Source of the DNA: Batkoa obscura
Lineage: Eukaryota
Length of the DNA stretch: 43,105 bases
Reading direction: 5' to 3'
Assembly: GCA_030770535.1 (NCBI GenBank)
Contig: JASVEC010000140.1
Span: 1-43,105 of the forward strand
The notes beneath the pieces were generated by a model. It did not search any database. It worked only from the letters and a program-made list of their open reading frames with translations, and was not told the DNA's origin. The first letter of the stretch is position 1. Every line of letters starts with the position of its first letter. Shown here one piece after another: positions 1 through 12,267 of this stretch. A program made the position numbers and the translations under genes.

Positions 1-842
1 CCCTAACCCTAACCCTAACTAACCCTAACCCTAACCCTAACCCTAACCCAACCCTAACCCTACCCTAACCCTAACCCTAACCCTAACCCTAACCCTAACC
101 CTAACCCTAACCCTAACCCTAACCCTAACCCTAACCCTAACCCTAACCCTAACCCTAACCCTAACCCTAACCCTAACCCTAACCCTAACCCTAACCCTAA
201 CCCTAACCCTAACCCTAACCCTAACCCTAACCCTAACCCTAACCCTAACCCTAACCCTAACCCTAACCCTAACCCTAACCCTAACCCTAACCCTAACCCT
301 AACCCTAACCCTAACCCTAACCCTAACCCTAACCCTAACCCTAACCCTAACCCTAACCCTAACCCTAACCCTAACCCTAACCCTAACCCTAACCCTAACC
401 CTAACCCTAACCCTAACCCTAACCCTAACCCTAACCCTAACCCTAACCCTAACCCTAACCCTAACCCTAACCCTAACCCTAACCCTAACCCTAACCCTAA
501 CCCTAACCCTAACCCTAACCCTAACCCTAACCCTAACCCTAACCCTAACCCTAACCCTAACCCTAACCCTAACCCTAACCCTAACCCTAACCCTAACCCT
601 AACCCTAACCCTAACCCTAACCCTAACCCTAACCCTAACCCTAACCCTAACCCTAACCCTAACCCTAACCCTAACCCTAACCCTAACCCTAACCCTAACC
701 CTAACCCTAACCCTAACCCTAACCCTAACCCTAACCCTAACCCTAACCCTAACCCTAACCCTAACCCTAACCCTAACCCTAACCCTAACCCTAACCCTAA
801 CCCTAACCCTAACCCTAACCCTAACCCTAACCCTAACCCTAA
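1..842 (+). repeat. Telomeric repeat array (CCCTAA)n / (TTAGGG)n, ~140 units
   Basis: Near-perfect CCCTAA tandem array from the window start. Three variant units occur only in the first ~65 nt. The array ends abruptly at 842. Confidence 0.99.
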
Positions 843-1199
843 GAGGTAACATTAATTTTTTTAACCAAACTATTCAACTTTGAAAAAAACTACCTTTAAA
901 CAGGCTAAATTCTTATTTTGATTTTTCCTATTTTAACTTAAATTTGGATCAACCAATCTTTCCTCTTATAAACATCACATCTGATAATCTTTATCATTTT
1001 TCTACTAACTTGATTTGCCGGCTGTGTAAACCTTGTAATACTACTTCAATTATAATTTTAACCTCTCAATACCAGTTAAAAAATCCCATAAACCAAAAAG
1101 TTCTTTATTACAAAATTATTAATACTTAGCTACTAATGAGATAACTCCAATACTTATTGCAAAAGTAATAGCTAATAGGTGTTAGAATTTTATATTTCA

Positions 1200-2200
1200 A
1201 TTAAATTTTTTAATATTTACTACTTTTTTAATATTTACTACTTTTTTAATATTATTTTTGTTTTGTTTTTACTATTTTAAACTACTTTTGGTCGTGTTAT
1301 AGTTATAACCCAGTGTTTAGTGTTACTCTCATTAATTTCACCTAAAAATAAAAATACTTGTTTTTTTAATATTATTTATATATACTTAATATTAATAATA
1401 AATCAATTTTAAACTTTTTATTATTATTTAATATTAAGTTTAAATATCATTGTTTAGTTTTATTTATTTGTTTATATTTATACGTACTTATATATAGAAA
1501 TTATGTTAAATAAAGTTTATGGTTTTTTACTCGGTTTTTTAATTTAGTTTAAATTTTTAATAATTTTCATTTAATAGCAGAAAACTATCAATATTTGTTA
1601 TTTTAATATTTGATATTCTTAAAATAGATTTTTAAGTTTTTTATTTAAATAGCATTTAAAAAATAAAAAAAGCCATAAAGCTAAAAAAACATCTTTATAT
1701 ATTATTATTTATTTCATTATTTATTTCATTATTTATTTATAATAATGAATAGTTTTTTTATTTAATATAGAATAATTTAATTATAAAAAACTTATATAAA
1801 AACCAGATTTAATATTTAAAAAATTTTCAATATTTAATCTTATAATAAAAAATAGCAAAAGTAGCTATTTAATAATTTTAATTAAAACATAAGTTTGTTT
1901 AAAATGTGATATATGAATTTATTTTTAGATTAGATTATTTATTATTAACTTGTCTGAATAAGTATAACTATTATAACATTATAGCATAAACTTATTATAA
2001 ATATAAAAGCTATTATTTTTAAAGTTATTATATTTTAGTTAAAATTATTTTAAATAAAATTATTTTATTTTATTAGTTATAATTATTTTTATGCTTGTTT
2101 TTATTATTTTATATAGTTTATTAATAAATATTTTATACTTATAAATTAAAGTCTATTTTAATTATAAAACTTAAAGCTTATTAATTTTCAGTTCTATTCA
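1200..2200. repeat. Degenerate AT-rich subtelomeric repeat (unclassified); related copies at 3430-3797 (direct), 4344-5172 (inverted) and partial copies near 23680 and 31060-31196
   Basis: 1365-1560 aligns by eye with 3625-3790. 1565-1640 aligns with the reverse complement of 5095-5170. Confidence 0.7.
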
Positions 2201-2274
2201 GAATTATAATATTTTATTATATAATTAAATTTTATATTTTATATACATTTTCAGCTTTTTATTACAAAACATAA

Positions 2275-2340
2275 AGATGTCCGAATTAGTTTCAGAATTT
2301 AATTAAAAACTAATCCGAATTTTAAGTTTTTAAATTTGTA
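2275..2340 (+). mobile_element. Isolated decayed 5' terminus of the Sola2-like element
   Basis: ATGTCCGAATTAGTTTCAGAATTTAA matches the terminus at 22732 (reverse complement GGGGGTGTCCGAATTGGTTTCAGAATTTAA). Confidence 0.7.
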
Positions 2341-2436
2341 AGTCTTTAGTATATAATTGGTTAAATTTAATTTAAAAACTTATTTTTATTATTTTATTCT
2401 TATTAAATGTTTAATAGATATATAATATATAAATAT

Positions 2437-2909
2437 TGTGAAAGTTGGTACTCAGTAGTAGGAGTTAAAAGTAGTTCTTGCTTGATTAACTTGCCTTGAG
2501 TCGAACGGTCTTAGTTTATATAACTAAGATAGACTTAACTTAATAGAAATAGTACGTAATAAGCTACGAATTATGTAAAACAAGTATAATGGAAGATACT
2601 ACTGTAAAATCTATGTAAGATGTTGTCAGAAAGACTTAGTGACTTTGTTAATAGTACGATATCAGGGAGTAATCCAATTAAAAAGCCTCGAGTTATCATA
2701 TTGAAGAATCTCTTTTATACTCCAATAGGTATGGATATCAAAACGAGAGGATAATATTCTTTGCAATATAAAGTTATAAATTCTCGCACCAAATCAAAAT
2801 AAGGGACTCTAACTTGATTGTGCTTGAACTTGAGAACACAGCAACTTAAGTGATTGTTGTGTTATAATCAATTCAAGAGCTAATAAAGCTAATAACCCAA
2901 TATTTCATA
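2437..2909 (+). mobile_element. Solo-LTR-like repeat, family B
   Basis: Starts TGTGAAAGTTGGTACTC and ends TTTCATA. Homologous to 10 other copies in the window. Confidence 0.8.
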
Positions 2910-3140
2910 AACTTTAACCTTAATTTCTATATTAAAAAGTAATCTTAATATTTTTAATAATAAAAAACCTTTTATGTAATATGAAAAGTTGTATAATTTT
3001 AATGATCTTATAAATATTTAAACAAAACAATTTATGAATATAATTTAATAACTTTAAAATAAATTTATTTATAAATATAAAATGTTTTTTAATTTTTTAA
3101 TTTTTTAACAATTATAATAATTGTTTTATAAACTATATAT

Positions 3141-3238
3141 GGGGGTGTTTTTTTTGGCTTCATTATTTTTTCATCTTTTAAGCGCTATTTGAGTGGAAAA
3201 ACTGTTAGTAAAATTCTTAAACATAAAAATACATCCCC
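3141..3238 (+). mobile_element. MITE family A (~100 bp, Sola2-related)
   Basis: GGGGGTGT...ACATCCCC termini, ATAT target-site duplication (TSD). Confidence 0.9.
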
Positions 3239-3797
3239 ATATAATAAACTTTACAATTATCATGTTAACTTAATTTACTAATTATATAAACTTTATATTA
3301 ATTTTTTAATTATAATTTTTGACATTAGTTAAAAATCCTATAAATTAAAAATTTATTGTTATAAAACTATTAATAAAATGATTTAAATATTTATTGTAAA
3401 AATAATAACTAATAAGTATTATAAAATTTTGAATATTTATTAGTTTTTTAGTATTATTTTTGTGTTTTAGAGTTGTTTTTGTTTATTTTAAGCCATTTTT
3501 AATTGTATTATAACTAAGCTAATATTTAGTATTACTTTTATTAACTTTATCTAATTTTAACCTTGATTTTAATAAAATAAAATAAAAATACTTATGTTTT
3601 TTTAGTTTTAGTTTAAAGTATTTTTTTAATATTATTTATATATATTTAATATTAATAATAAACCAGTTTTAAGCTCTTTATTATTATTTAATATTAAGTT
3701 TAAATATTGTTATTTAGTTTTATTTATTTGTTTATATTAAATAAAGTTTATGATTTTTTACTCAGTTTTTTAATTTAGTTTAAATTTTAAATAGTTA

Positions 3798-4343
3798 TGT
3801 GAAAGTTGATACTCAGTAGTAGGAGTTAAAAGCAGTTCTTGCTTGATTAACTTGCCTTGAGTCGAACGGTCTTAGTTTATGTAACTAAGATAGACTTAAA
3901 TGAATAAGAATAATACGTAATAAGCTACGAATTATGTAAAACAAGTATAATAGATAATACTACTGTAAAATCTACGTAAGATATTGTCAGAAAGTCTTAG
4001 TGGTTTTATTAATGGTACGATATCAGGGAGTAATCCAATTAAAAAGCATCGAGTTAGTATGTTGAAGAATCTCTTTTATACTCCAATTGGGTGGTTATAT
4101 GTAAGGGGTATAATAGTTATTCCTTATTATAGTTGCCAAGTATGGACATTAAAACGTGGACAATAAGTTCTTCATGATCAGGTGGTAGTAATTCTCACAG
4201 CAAATCTATATAAGGAACTCAGGATTGATTATACCACATGGATCACGATCAAATTGATTACAAGACTACAACTAGTTTTGTAAACGAGTCAAATGATTGT
4301 TATGTTATAATTAATCTGAGAGCTAATAAAGCAATATTTCACA
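3798..4343 (+). mobile_element. Solo-LTR-like repeat, family B
   Basis: TGTGAAA...TTTCACA termini, internal TATATAA, and AATAAA just before the 3' end. Confidence 0.8.
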
Positions 4344-4708
4344 GCTTTTAGATTTATAATAAGTTTCTTTTATAATATTATAATAGTTATACTTATTCAG
4401 ATAAGCTAATAATAAATAATCTAATTTAAAAATAAATATAAACATTTTAAATTAAAAAATATTAATATTTTTAAGAGTTATTTTACCATATTTAGCTTTT
4501 ATTATAAAATTCGTTATTATTATGATAGTTAAGACTTTTATTTATCAAAAAGTAACTTGAAAATAAATTTATATATTATATCCAAACAAGCTTATGTTTT
4601 AATTAAAATTATTTTCAATATTAAATCTGGCTTTTATATAAGTTTTTTGTAATTAAATTATTTTATATTAAATAAGAGAGCTATTTATTATTATGAATAA
4701 TAATACAT

Positions 4709-4807
4709 GAGGATATATTTTTTTGTTTAATAATTTTACTAGCGGTCTTTCCACTTAAATAGCGCTTAAAAAATGGAAAAAGTAATAAAACCAAAAAAAC
4801 ATCCTTC
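4709..4807 (-). mobile_element. MITE family A
   Basis: Reverse-complement copy; flanks ACAT/ATAT. Confidence 0.85.
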
Positions 4808-5172
4808 ATATAAAAACATGTTTTTTTAGCTTTATAACTTTTTTTATTCTTTAAATGCTATTTAAATAAAAAATTATTAGTAAAATTTTTAAACAAAAAA
4901 ATACGTTTTTATATATGTAAATAATTAATTCGAATTAAAATGAAAGTTAATATATAATCAGTTTTTTTAATTAGCTACTTATTTTAATAAATATAAAATT
5001 TTAATTAAAATTATGGTAAAATTAAAGTTTATGCTAAATAATTTATATTATATTATTATTAAAACATTACAAAAACAATATAAAGCAGAAATAAAAAACT
5101 CAAAAATCTATTTTAAAAATATCATATTAAAATAACAAATATTAATAACTTTCTGCTATTAAACGAAAACCA

Positions 5173-5650
5173 TGTGAAATATCGCTTCATCAGCTCTAGG
5201 ATTGATTATAATATAATAATCAATTCTGAGTTCCTTATATAGATTTGCTGTGAGAATTACTACCACCTGATCATGAAGAACTTATTGTCCACGTTTTAAT
5301 GTCCATACTTGGCAACTATAATAAGGAATAACTATTATACCCCTTACATATAACCACCCAATTGGAGTATAAAAGAGATTCTTCAACATACTAACTCGAT
5401 GCTTTTTAATTGGATTACTCCCTGATATCGTACCATTAATAAAACCACTAAGACTTTCTGACAATATCTTACGTAGATTTTACAGTAGTATTATCTATTA
5501 TACTTGTTTTACATAATTCGTAGCTTATTACGTATTATTCTTATTCATTTAAGTCTATCTTAGTTACATAAACTAAGACCGTTCGACTCAAGGCAAGTTA
5601 ATCAAGCAAGAACTGCTTTTAACTCCTACTACTGAGTATCAACTTTCACA
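5173..5650 (-). mobile_element. Solo-LTR-like repeat, family B
   Basis: Reverse-complement copy. 5226-5650 reads as identical to 3798-4222. Confidence 0.8.
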
Positions 5651-5730
5651 TTTCATCACTTTTCTATTTTCAAGTACTATTTAAGTAGAATAATTGTTAG
5701 TAAAATTCTTAAATAAAAAAATACATCCCC
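5651..5730 (+). mobile_element. MITE family A, truncated by family B
   Basis: Begins at the internal TTTCATCAC directly after the LTR-like end, and ends ACATCCCC. Confidence 0.85.
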
Positions 5731-6005
5731 ATATTTATAGTAAATATACCAACTGTAAGTTAATCAAAAATTAAATTACTTATTGCTAATTTATTTAAAT
5801 AAGTGTAAAAGCCATTATTTTTAAAATTATTACATTGTAATTAAAAAAATATTAGATAAAATAATGCCACCTGTGTAAGTTAATTTAAATAAAATAGTTT
5901 TAAATAGTTTAACAAAATAATATAAATCATAAAAACTAATTTTATAATTTATGTTTTAGTTATTTAAATTTCGTTTTATTTTATTTTATTTTTATTAGCT
6001 TATAT

Positions 6006-6085
6006 GGGGATATATTTTTTTGTTTAATAATTTTACTAACAATCTTTCTGCTCAAATAGTACTTGAAAATAGAAAAGTGATGAAA
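6006..6085 (-). mobile_element. MITE family A, truncated by family B
   Basis: Inverted partner of 5651-5730 with the same MITE/LTR junction. Confidence 0.85.
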
Positions 6086-6549
6086 TGTGAAAGTTGATAC
6101 TCAGTAGTAGGAGTTAAAAGCAGTTCTTGCTTGATTAACTTGCCTTGAGTCGAACGGTCTTAGTTTATGTAACTAAGATAGACTTAAATGAATAAGAATA
6201 ATACGTAATAAGCTACGAATTATGTAAAACAAGTATAATGGAAGATACTACTGTAAAATCTATGTAAGATGTTGTCAGAAAGACTTAGTGACTTTATTAA
6301 TGGTACGATATCAGGGAGTAATCCAATTAAAAAGCCTCGAGTTATCATATTGAAGAATCTCTTTTATACTCCAATAGGTATGGATATTAAAACGAGAGGG
6401 TGTTATTCCTTCCAATATGAAGTTAGAAATTCTCACAGCAAATCAAAATAAGGGACTCTGACTTGATTGTGTTTGAACTTAAGAACACAGCAACTTGAGT
6501 GATTGTTGTGTTATAATCAATTCGAGAGCTAATAAAGCAATATTTCACA
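6086..6549 (+). mobile_element. Solo-LTR-like repeat, family B (mosaic)
   Basis: TGTGAAA...TTTCACA. The two flanks are different MITE fragments. Confidence 0.8.
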
Positions 6550-6644
6550 GATGTATCTTTTTGTTTAAGAATTTTACTAACAATCTTTCCGCTCAAATAG
6601 CACTTAAAAAATAGAAAAAGTAATGAAACCAAAAAAACATTCCC
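6550..6644 (-). mobile_element. MITE family A
   Basis: Reverse-complement copy lacking its terminal GGG at the LTR junction. Confidence 0.85.
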
Positions 6645-6819
6645 ATATTATCAAATTTCATAAATTATTTATATTAAGTAGTTATTAAATTATTAAACTG
6701 TTTTTGAATACTTATTTTAATATACGAAATATAATATTTTAAAAAAAAGCTTTTAATTTAATATTTAAAAAGATTATTTAAAAGCTATGAAATTTGGTGT
6801 CAAAACTTAATTGCTTTAT

Positions 6820-6917
6820 GGGGATGTATTTTTGTGTTTAAGAATTTCACTAACAATTTTCTACTCAAATAGCGCTTAAAAGATGGAAAAAGTAATGAAA
6901 CCAAAAAAAACATCCTC
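6820..6917 (-). mobile_element. MITE family A
   Basis: TTAT TSD on both sides. A related empty site lies near 31970-31990 (reverse complement). Confidence 0.9.
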
Positions 6918-7121
6918 TTATGTTAGTTATAAAAAGCTGAAAGTTAAAAAAATGCGTAAAATAAAAAAAAGTTATTTAATAAAAGATAAAGCTATATTAG
7001 CAATAATAATAATAAAATATTTATATAAAAATATTATTTAATATGATTAAATGTAATAAAAAGCTGAAAGATGTAAATAAAGTTTGAAATACATTTATAT
7101 AATAAAATATAAAATAATATA

Positions 7122-7124
<3 letters not shown>

Positions 7125-7157
<33 letters not shown>
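7125..7157. repeat. (AAT)n microsatellite
   Basis: About 11 tandem AAT units. Confidence 0.9.
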
Positions 7158-7159
<2 letters not shown>

Positions 7160-7382
7160 TACTAATATTATAATCTATTATTAAAAATAAAATAAATATA
7201 GCAATAAAAAATGAAGCAAAGATAGAGAAAAACTTTAATAAAGGAAAAAAGTTATATAAATCTTATAAATCTTATATTGATACTCAAAAAAACATATTTA
7301 ATAAAATTATTAAAAATTCAATAAACTAAATTTAATAAATTTAGGCTATTATAATAAACAAGCTATATCAGTATTAAAGTTT

Positions 7383-7481
7383 GGGGGTGTTTTTTTTAGT
7401 TTTATTACTTTTTCCATTTTTTAAGCGCTATTTGAGTAAAACAATTGTTAATAAAATTCTTAAACAAAAAAATACATTCTT
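7383..7481 (+). mobile_element. MITE family A
   Basis: Consensus match; flanks do not form a TSD. Confidence 0.85.
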
Positions 7482-7807
7482 ATATATTGTTTAATAACAT
7501 GATTGACTTGTTTTCAAAGTTAAAAAAGCTAAGTTATTATTTTTAAATAATAATTAAAAAATATCAAGTATTCTAATTAGCTTATATAATAAGGAAAAGC
7601 ACATAATATAAACTTTATAATTTATTTATATTAATTTTGACAATTATAGCTTTAATATATTTTTTTAAATATAAGAGTTTCAGATTTAATATAAGTAAAA
7701 ATCAATATAGTTGTTTTTAAATAATTAATAACGATAAAATATTAATATTATAATCTATTATTAAAAATATCAAAAGAATAAAAATGAGCAAATCAAAATT
7801 ATTATAT

Positions 7808-7881
7808 AGGGATGTATTTTTTTATTTAAGAATTTTACTAACAGTTTTTCCGCCCAAATAGTGCTTAAAAGAAACACCTTT
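7808..7881 (-). mobile_element. MITE family A, internally deleted
   Basis: Partial reverse-complement match. Confidence 0.75.
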
Positions 7882-7952
7882 AAATATTAATATTACTTAA
7901 GTTATTAATAGCTAAGTTAATAAATAGCCAAAGAGCAAATAGTTATGATAAT

Positions 7953-8503
7953 CATGAAAATTGGTACTTTAGTGGTTGGAGTTAAAAGCAGTTTTTCCTT
8001 AATTAACTGGCTATAAGTTAAAAAGTCTTAGTTTATATAACTAAGATAGATTCAAGTTAACAAAATAGTATACAATAAGCTACAACCTATATAAAACAAA
8101 TAAATTAAAAAATGTTACTGTAAAATTTATACAAAATGTTATAAAACTTAATAGCTTTATTAGAAATACAATAACAGGAAATAATTCAGTTAAAAAGCCT
8201 TAATTATTATATTAAAAAAAATTTGTACTCCAACTAGGTGGCTGTATATAAAAAACATAATAACAGTTATACTTTTTTATTTAATTCCCAAGTATGGATG
8301 TTAAAATAAGGAGATAATATTTTTTACAATTAGGTGTAAAAATTCTCACACCAAATCAAGATAAAAAGCTCTGAATTGAATTGATTGTACTATATAAATC
8401 ATAGTCAAATTAATTACAAGACTGCAAACTAGTTGTTTTATAAACCAATTAAATAATTACTATATTATGATTAACTATAAAGTTAATAAACCAATATTTT
8501 ATA
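7953..8503 (+). mobile_element. Solo-LTR-like repeat, family B, heavily AT-eroded
   Basis: Colinear with 3798-4343 with many G>A and C>T changes; TAAT on both flanks. Confidence 0.75.
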
Positions 8504-8671
8504 TAATAAATAAAGCCAATTAATCCAATAAATTAATTTTTTATATATGTTAAATAATTCAAAATTATTAACAACCTTATATATTTTTGTTATTTTTAAA
8601 AAGCTTTAATATTTATTTAGTTGATTTTAAAAAATTAGGAATCCAAATAAATTTCAAAAAAAAAATGATAT

Positions 8672-8770
8672 GGAGGGTGTTTTTTTGGTTTCATTGCTTT
8701 TTCCATTTTTTAAGTGCTATTTGAGCGGAAAGATTGTTAGTAAAATTCTTAAACAAAAAAATACATCCCC
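8672..8770 (+). mobile_element. MITE family A
   Basis: ATAT TSD. Confidence 0.9.
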
Positions 8771-9702
8771 ATATAAATATTTCAGCTTTTATTTTATAAC
8801 AAGTATAGCCTTAAATAAAACTTTTACTAAAAGGCTTTTTAAAATGATTTATAATAATAAAATAATATTTATAAAATTTATAAATTTATGACTCAACTAT
8901 AAAACAATACTATGATTAAATTAAAGTTGAAATACTTAGCTTTTCATTTTTAAGACTTAAAATATTAATTTTCATTTCAAGTTTTTATTAGTTTAAGCTA
9001 TTGCCATAAAACAAATTAATTATAAATAAATAAAACCATTGTAGTTAAATATAACTTATATTTTAAATTAACATAAGCTTGTTTTATATATTTTTTATTG
9101 AAAATATGGCAGTAGTTATATTGATACAATTTTATTTATTTATCATCTTTAAATTATTATCAGTATAAAACTAAAAAAAATACTTTTATATATTCATTTT
9201 AACTATATTTTTGTTTTTAGAATATTTGTAAATTAATAATACACAAAAAATAATATATGTAATTATATAATAAATATGTTATGTTTTTTAATTATAAAAG
9301 ATATTATTAAAATTAATTAAAATTAATTAAAATAATTAACAATAGAAATTGACAAAAAACCATTATAAGTTTTATAATTAACCAATAAAATAATAATCAG
9401 TTAGCATTATTCCTAGCAACTTGTTTTTTATTTTCACAGCATTTATACAGTTAATAGTATTATTATAATAAATTTAACTTAATTTAAAATGAAAAACAAA
9501 AGCTTTCATTTAAAAAAAATTATTAGCCAATAGTTGCTAAAATATAAAAATATAAAAGATTTTAGACTTATCTTATACAAACTAAATTGTTATTTTTTGA
9601 AAATATTAAAGCACATTTAAAATAATATAATAAACTATATAATCTGTTTAATAAACATGTTTCAAAAGTATTATAAAGGTGAAAATATTAAAAATAATAT
9701 AT

Positions 9703-9799
9703 GCGGATGTTTTTTTAGTTTCATCACTTTTTCATTTTTTAAGCGTTGTTTGGATCGAAGATTGTTTAGTAAAATTCTTAAACAAAGAAATACATTCCC
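9703..9799 (+). mobile_element. MITE family A
   Basis: ATAT TSD. Confidence 0.85.
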
Positions 9800-10131
9800 A
9801 TATTATTTTTAACATTATAAAATAACTACTTTTAGTTTTAGTTTTTTAATTTATTTTTCAAGCAAGTTAAAAAAAAATAAACAAAGTGGAAAAAGTTTAT
9901 AATAAACATTTATAGCTTTTGGGTTTTCTTACAAGTATTATTATTTAGTGCACAGATTTGTCTAATTAGCATACAGCATATTATTTTGAAAAGGTATCTT
10001 TTAATTAGCGTTTTAGCTAATAAAAACACTTAAAAACAAAGCATTTTGAATTCTGATTGGCTTTATTTTTTCACTTAAAGTATGACTAAAATATGCTACA
10101 TACTATCTAAAAGTTCTTTTAATATATATAT

Positions 10132-10231
10132 GGGGGGATTTATTTATATATTTAAGAATTTTACTAACAATTTTTCCGCTCAAATAGCGTTTAAAAATGA
10201 AAAAAGCAATGAAACCAAAAAAAATGCCCCT
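10132..10231 (-). mobile_element. MITE family A
   Basis: Reverse-complement consensus match. Confidence 0.85.
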
Positions 10232-10429
10232 AATATACGCTTGTGTGGATTGGGATTATAAATGAATTAAATTTTTGAAAATATTAACACTGTTAAATAA
10301 TATACTGTTTAAATTTTATATTAGTATTAGTAATAATTTTTTAGTTTTCGTTTCCATTTTTATTAACATATATTTTAGTACTCTATTTAAAACTCACATT
10401 TATCAATTATGGTATATTATATAAGCTAT

Positions 10430-11678
10430 AAGGATAGAGTTCCAGATAGGGATCTATTTTCATATTTAAACAAATCAATTAATAAATCGATTTTAAAATT
10501 AAATTTTATCAAAATTTTTATCATAAAAGTAACTAATTTTAGGACGATTTTTTAATAAATCTATAATTAAACTTTTTTAAGATATATTTAGCTTTTCAAG
10601 TCTTTTTTCTAACATTTTTCAAAATTAGTATAAATGTATTTATATTAAAATTAGTAAACATTTTAAAGTGGTTTATAGTTTTATAATATACTTAAAATAT
10701 CTTAAAAAAACAACATCCCCCTAATAATCTAATCTGATATGATAATAACTTTTATCAATATTAGTTTAAACAAATAGCATCCATCAGAAAACTGGGGACA
10801 TTTATTAACAGTAATAATAAAATAAATTTTGTTTTTTTGTAAATATTAGTTATTGGCTAAAACTACACACTTAACTTTTTTTAATCTTGTTTTTATCAAT
10901 ATGTAAATGAAAATGAGTTTGTCTTGTTAATTTTTACTTGGTTTGTTTCATACTAACTATCATATTTTGTGTATAATTTTAGCCAAAAATATATCATTTA
11001 ATGTGGAACAAAGTATTATATAGCCAAGCTTTTTCAAATTTATCAAGTTTTACACAATCATAAGCATAAACTATAACGTTCTAAAATCCATTATTCTATT
11101 AGATGGCTGTTTTTGTTACCTAACTTACATTAATATGTAAACAAGTTTTAGTAATTGTTATTTAGAAGTATAAATGAATATAAAATCATGTAGTTAATTA
11201 TTAAGTTTAAGTTTACAAGTATTTTAATTTAAAAAATCTCTTTTTAATTTTTATTAATGAAATGTATGTTGCGCCGTTTACTAACGACTTAGGTTTATTA
11301 AGTTTATAGTTATAAATATTTTCTAACAAGAGCTTGTATATAAAAGATATAAGTTTTTATGTAAGGGCTTTATTAATACTAAACTTTGGGCCAATTGGTA
11401 ACCGACTTTATCAGTTTTAATCCCAAGTCCCTAATTCAAACATTGTTGATTGTAAAAAGTTTAATAAATCAATCAAATAGATAGCCCTATAATGTATAGA
11501 AATTTTAATACTTGTTTGTTTGGTTTGCAGTAGTGTTATTACTTATACTAAATTATTTGACTTTAAACCGTTAAAATTTACCTTTTAATTTTTGGCTGTC
11601 AAATTCGTCCCTTTTAAAGTTTGTCCCAAATATATAACTCTGTTTCAAGAATCAATCCTATCTGGAACTCCGCGCCTC
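10430..11678 (-). mobile_element. Decayed TIR transposon, possibly PIF/Harbinger-like
   Basis: Inverted repeat core GAGTTCCAGATAGG (10437-10450) / CCTATCTGGAACTC (11657-11670). TAA follows the right end. Weak minus-strand peptides (SLVNGATYISL, LLGD) resemble Harbinger nuclease motifs. Confidence 0.4.
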
Positions 11679-12267
11679 TAACTATACAAAATAATCAAAT
11701 TTTATACTTAAAATAATATTTTTTATAATTTTAACTTCATAATAAAAAGTTATCTGACTTTTTAACTTTAGAGATGTTAATTTTTTATGACTATTTTTTA
11801 TTTAGTGCATTTATTTTGTTTTATAAAACAAAGTAATTTTAAAACCAATAGAACTTAGCTATCTATTTTAAGGATGTGTAAAGTTATTGTCAAAATTTAT
11901 TAAGATTTTAATACAATGTTTATATCAAATTTAGAAAAATTTCAACATAGACATAGGATTGATTTTGTTAATGTTTATTTATAAATTATACTAAATAAAA
12001 TTTCCTTGACGAAGATTATTTCAATTGAACCAGTGATTTGATTAAAATACATATGGTTTTTTTAAAAGTTGTTCAACTGAGATTCGAATTAAGTTATTTT
12101 TAATAATTATGCTATTACTAAAGTTGATTAACATTAGAATTTAAAATTTTAGAACAAATTAGTTTTTTGATTAAAAAACAAAACATAATTTATTAATTAT
12201 TTTGGATCATATAAATCATATAGTATAAAATAGAAAATCGTTTTATCAATAAAAAAAGTTGATAAAA

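Larger units (their letters stand above)
7195..7952 (+). pseudogene. Scattered fragments of the Sola2-like transposase and 3' region
   Basis: 7340-7382 (TATAATAAACAAGCTATATCAGTATTAAAGTTT) and 7882-7952 match the reverse complements of ~21240-21275 and ~20480-20552. Confidence 0.6.

Noticed and set aside
1..65. Variant telomeric units
   Set aside because: These are short deletions at the contig edge, most likely low-coverage sequencing error.
43..852. 269-aa (VR)n ORF
   Set aside because: It is the translation of the TTAGGG array, with no evidence of a gene.
3984..6451. Repeated 60-aa ORFs (3984, 5282, 6269)
   Set aside because: They lie inside family B repeats, start at TTG, and are interrupted in other copies.
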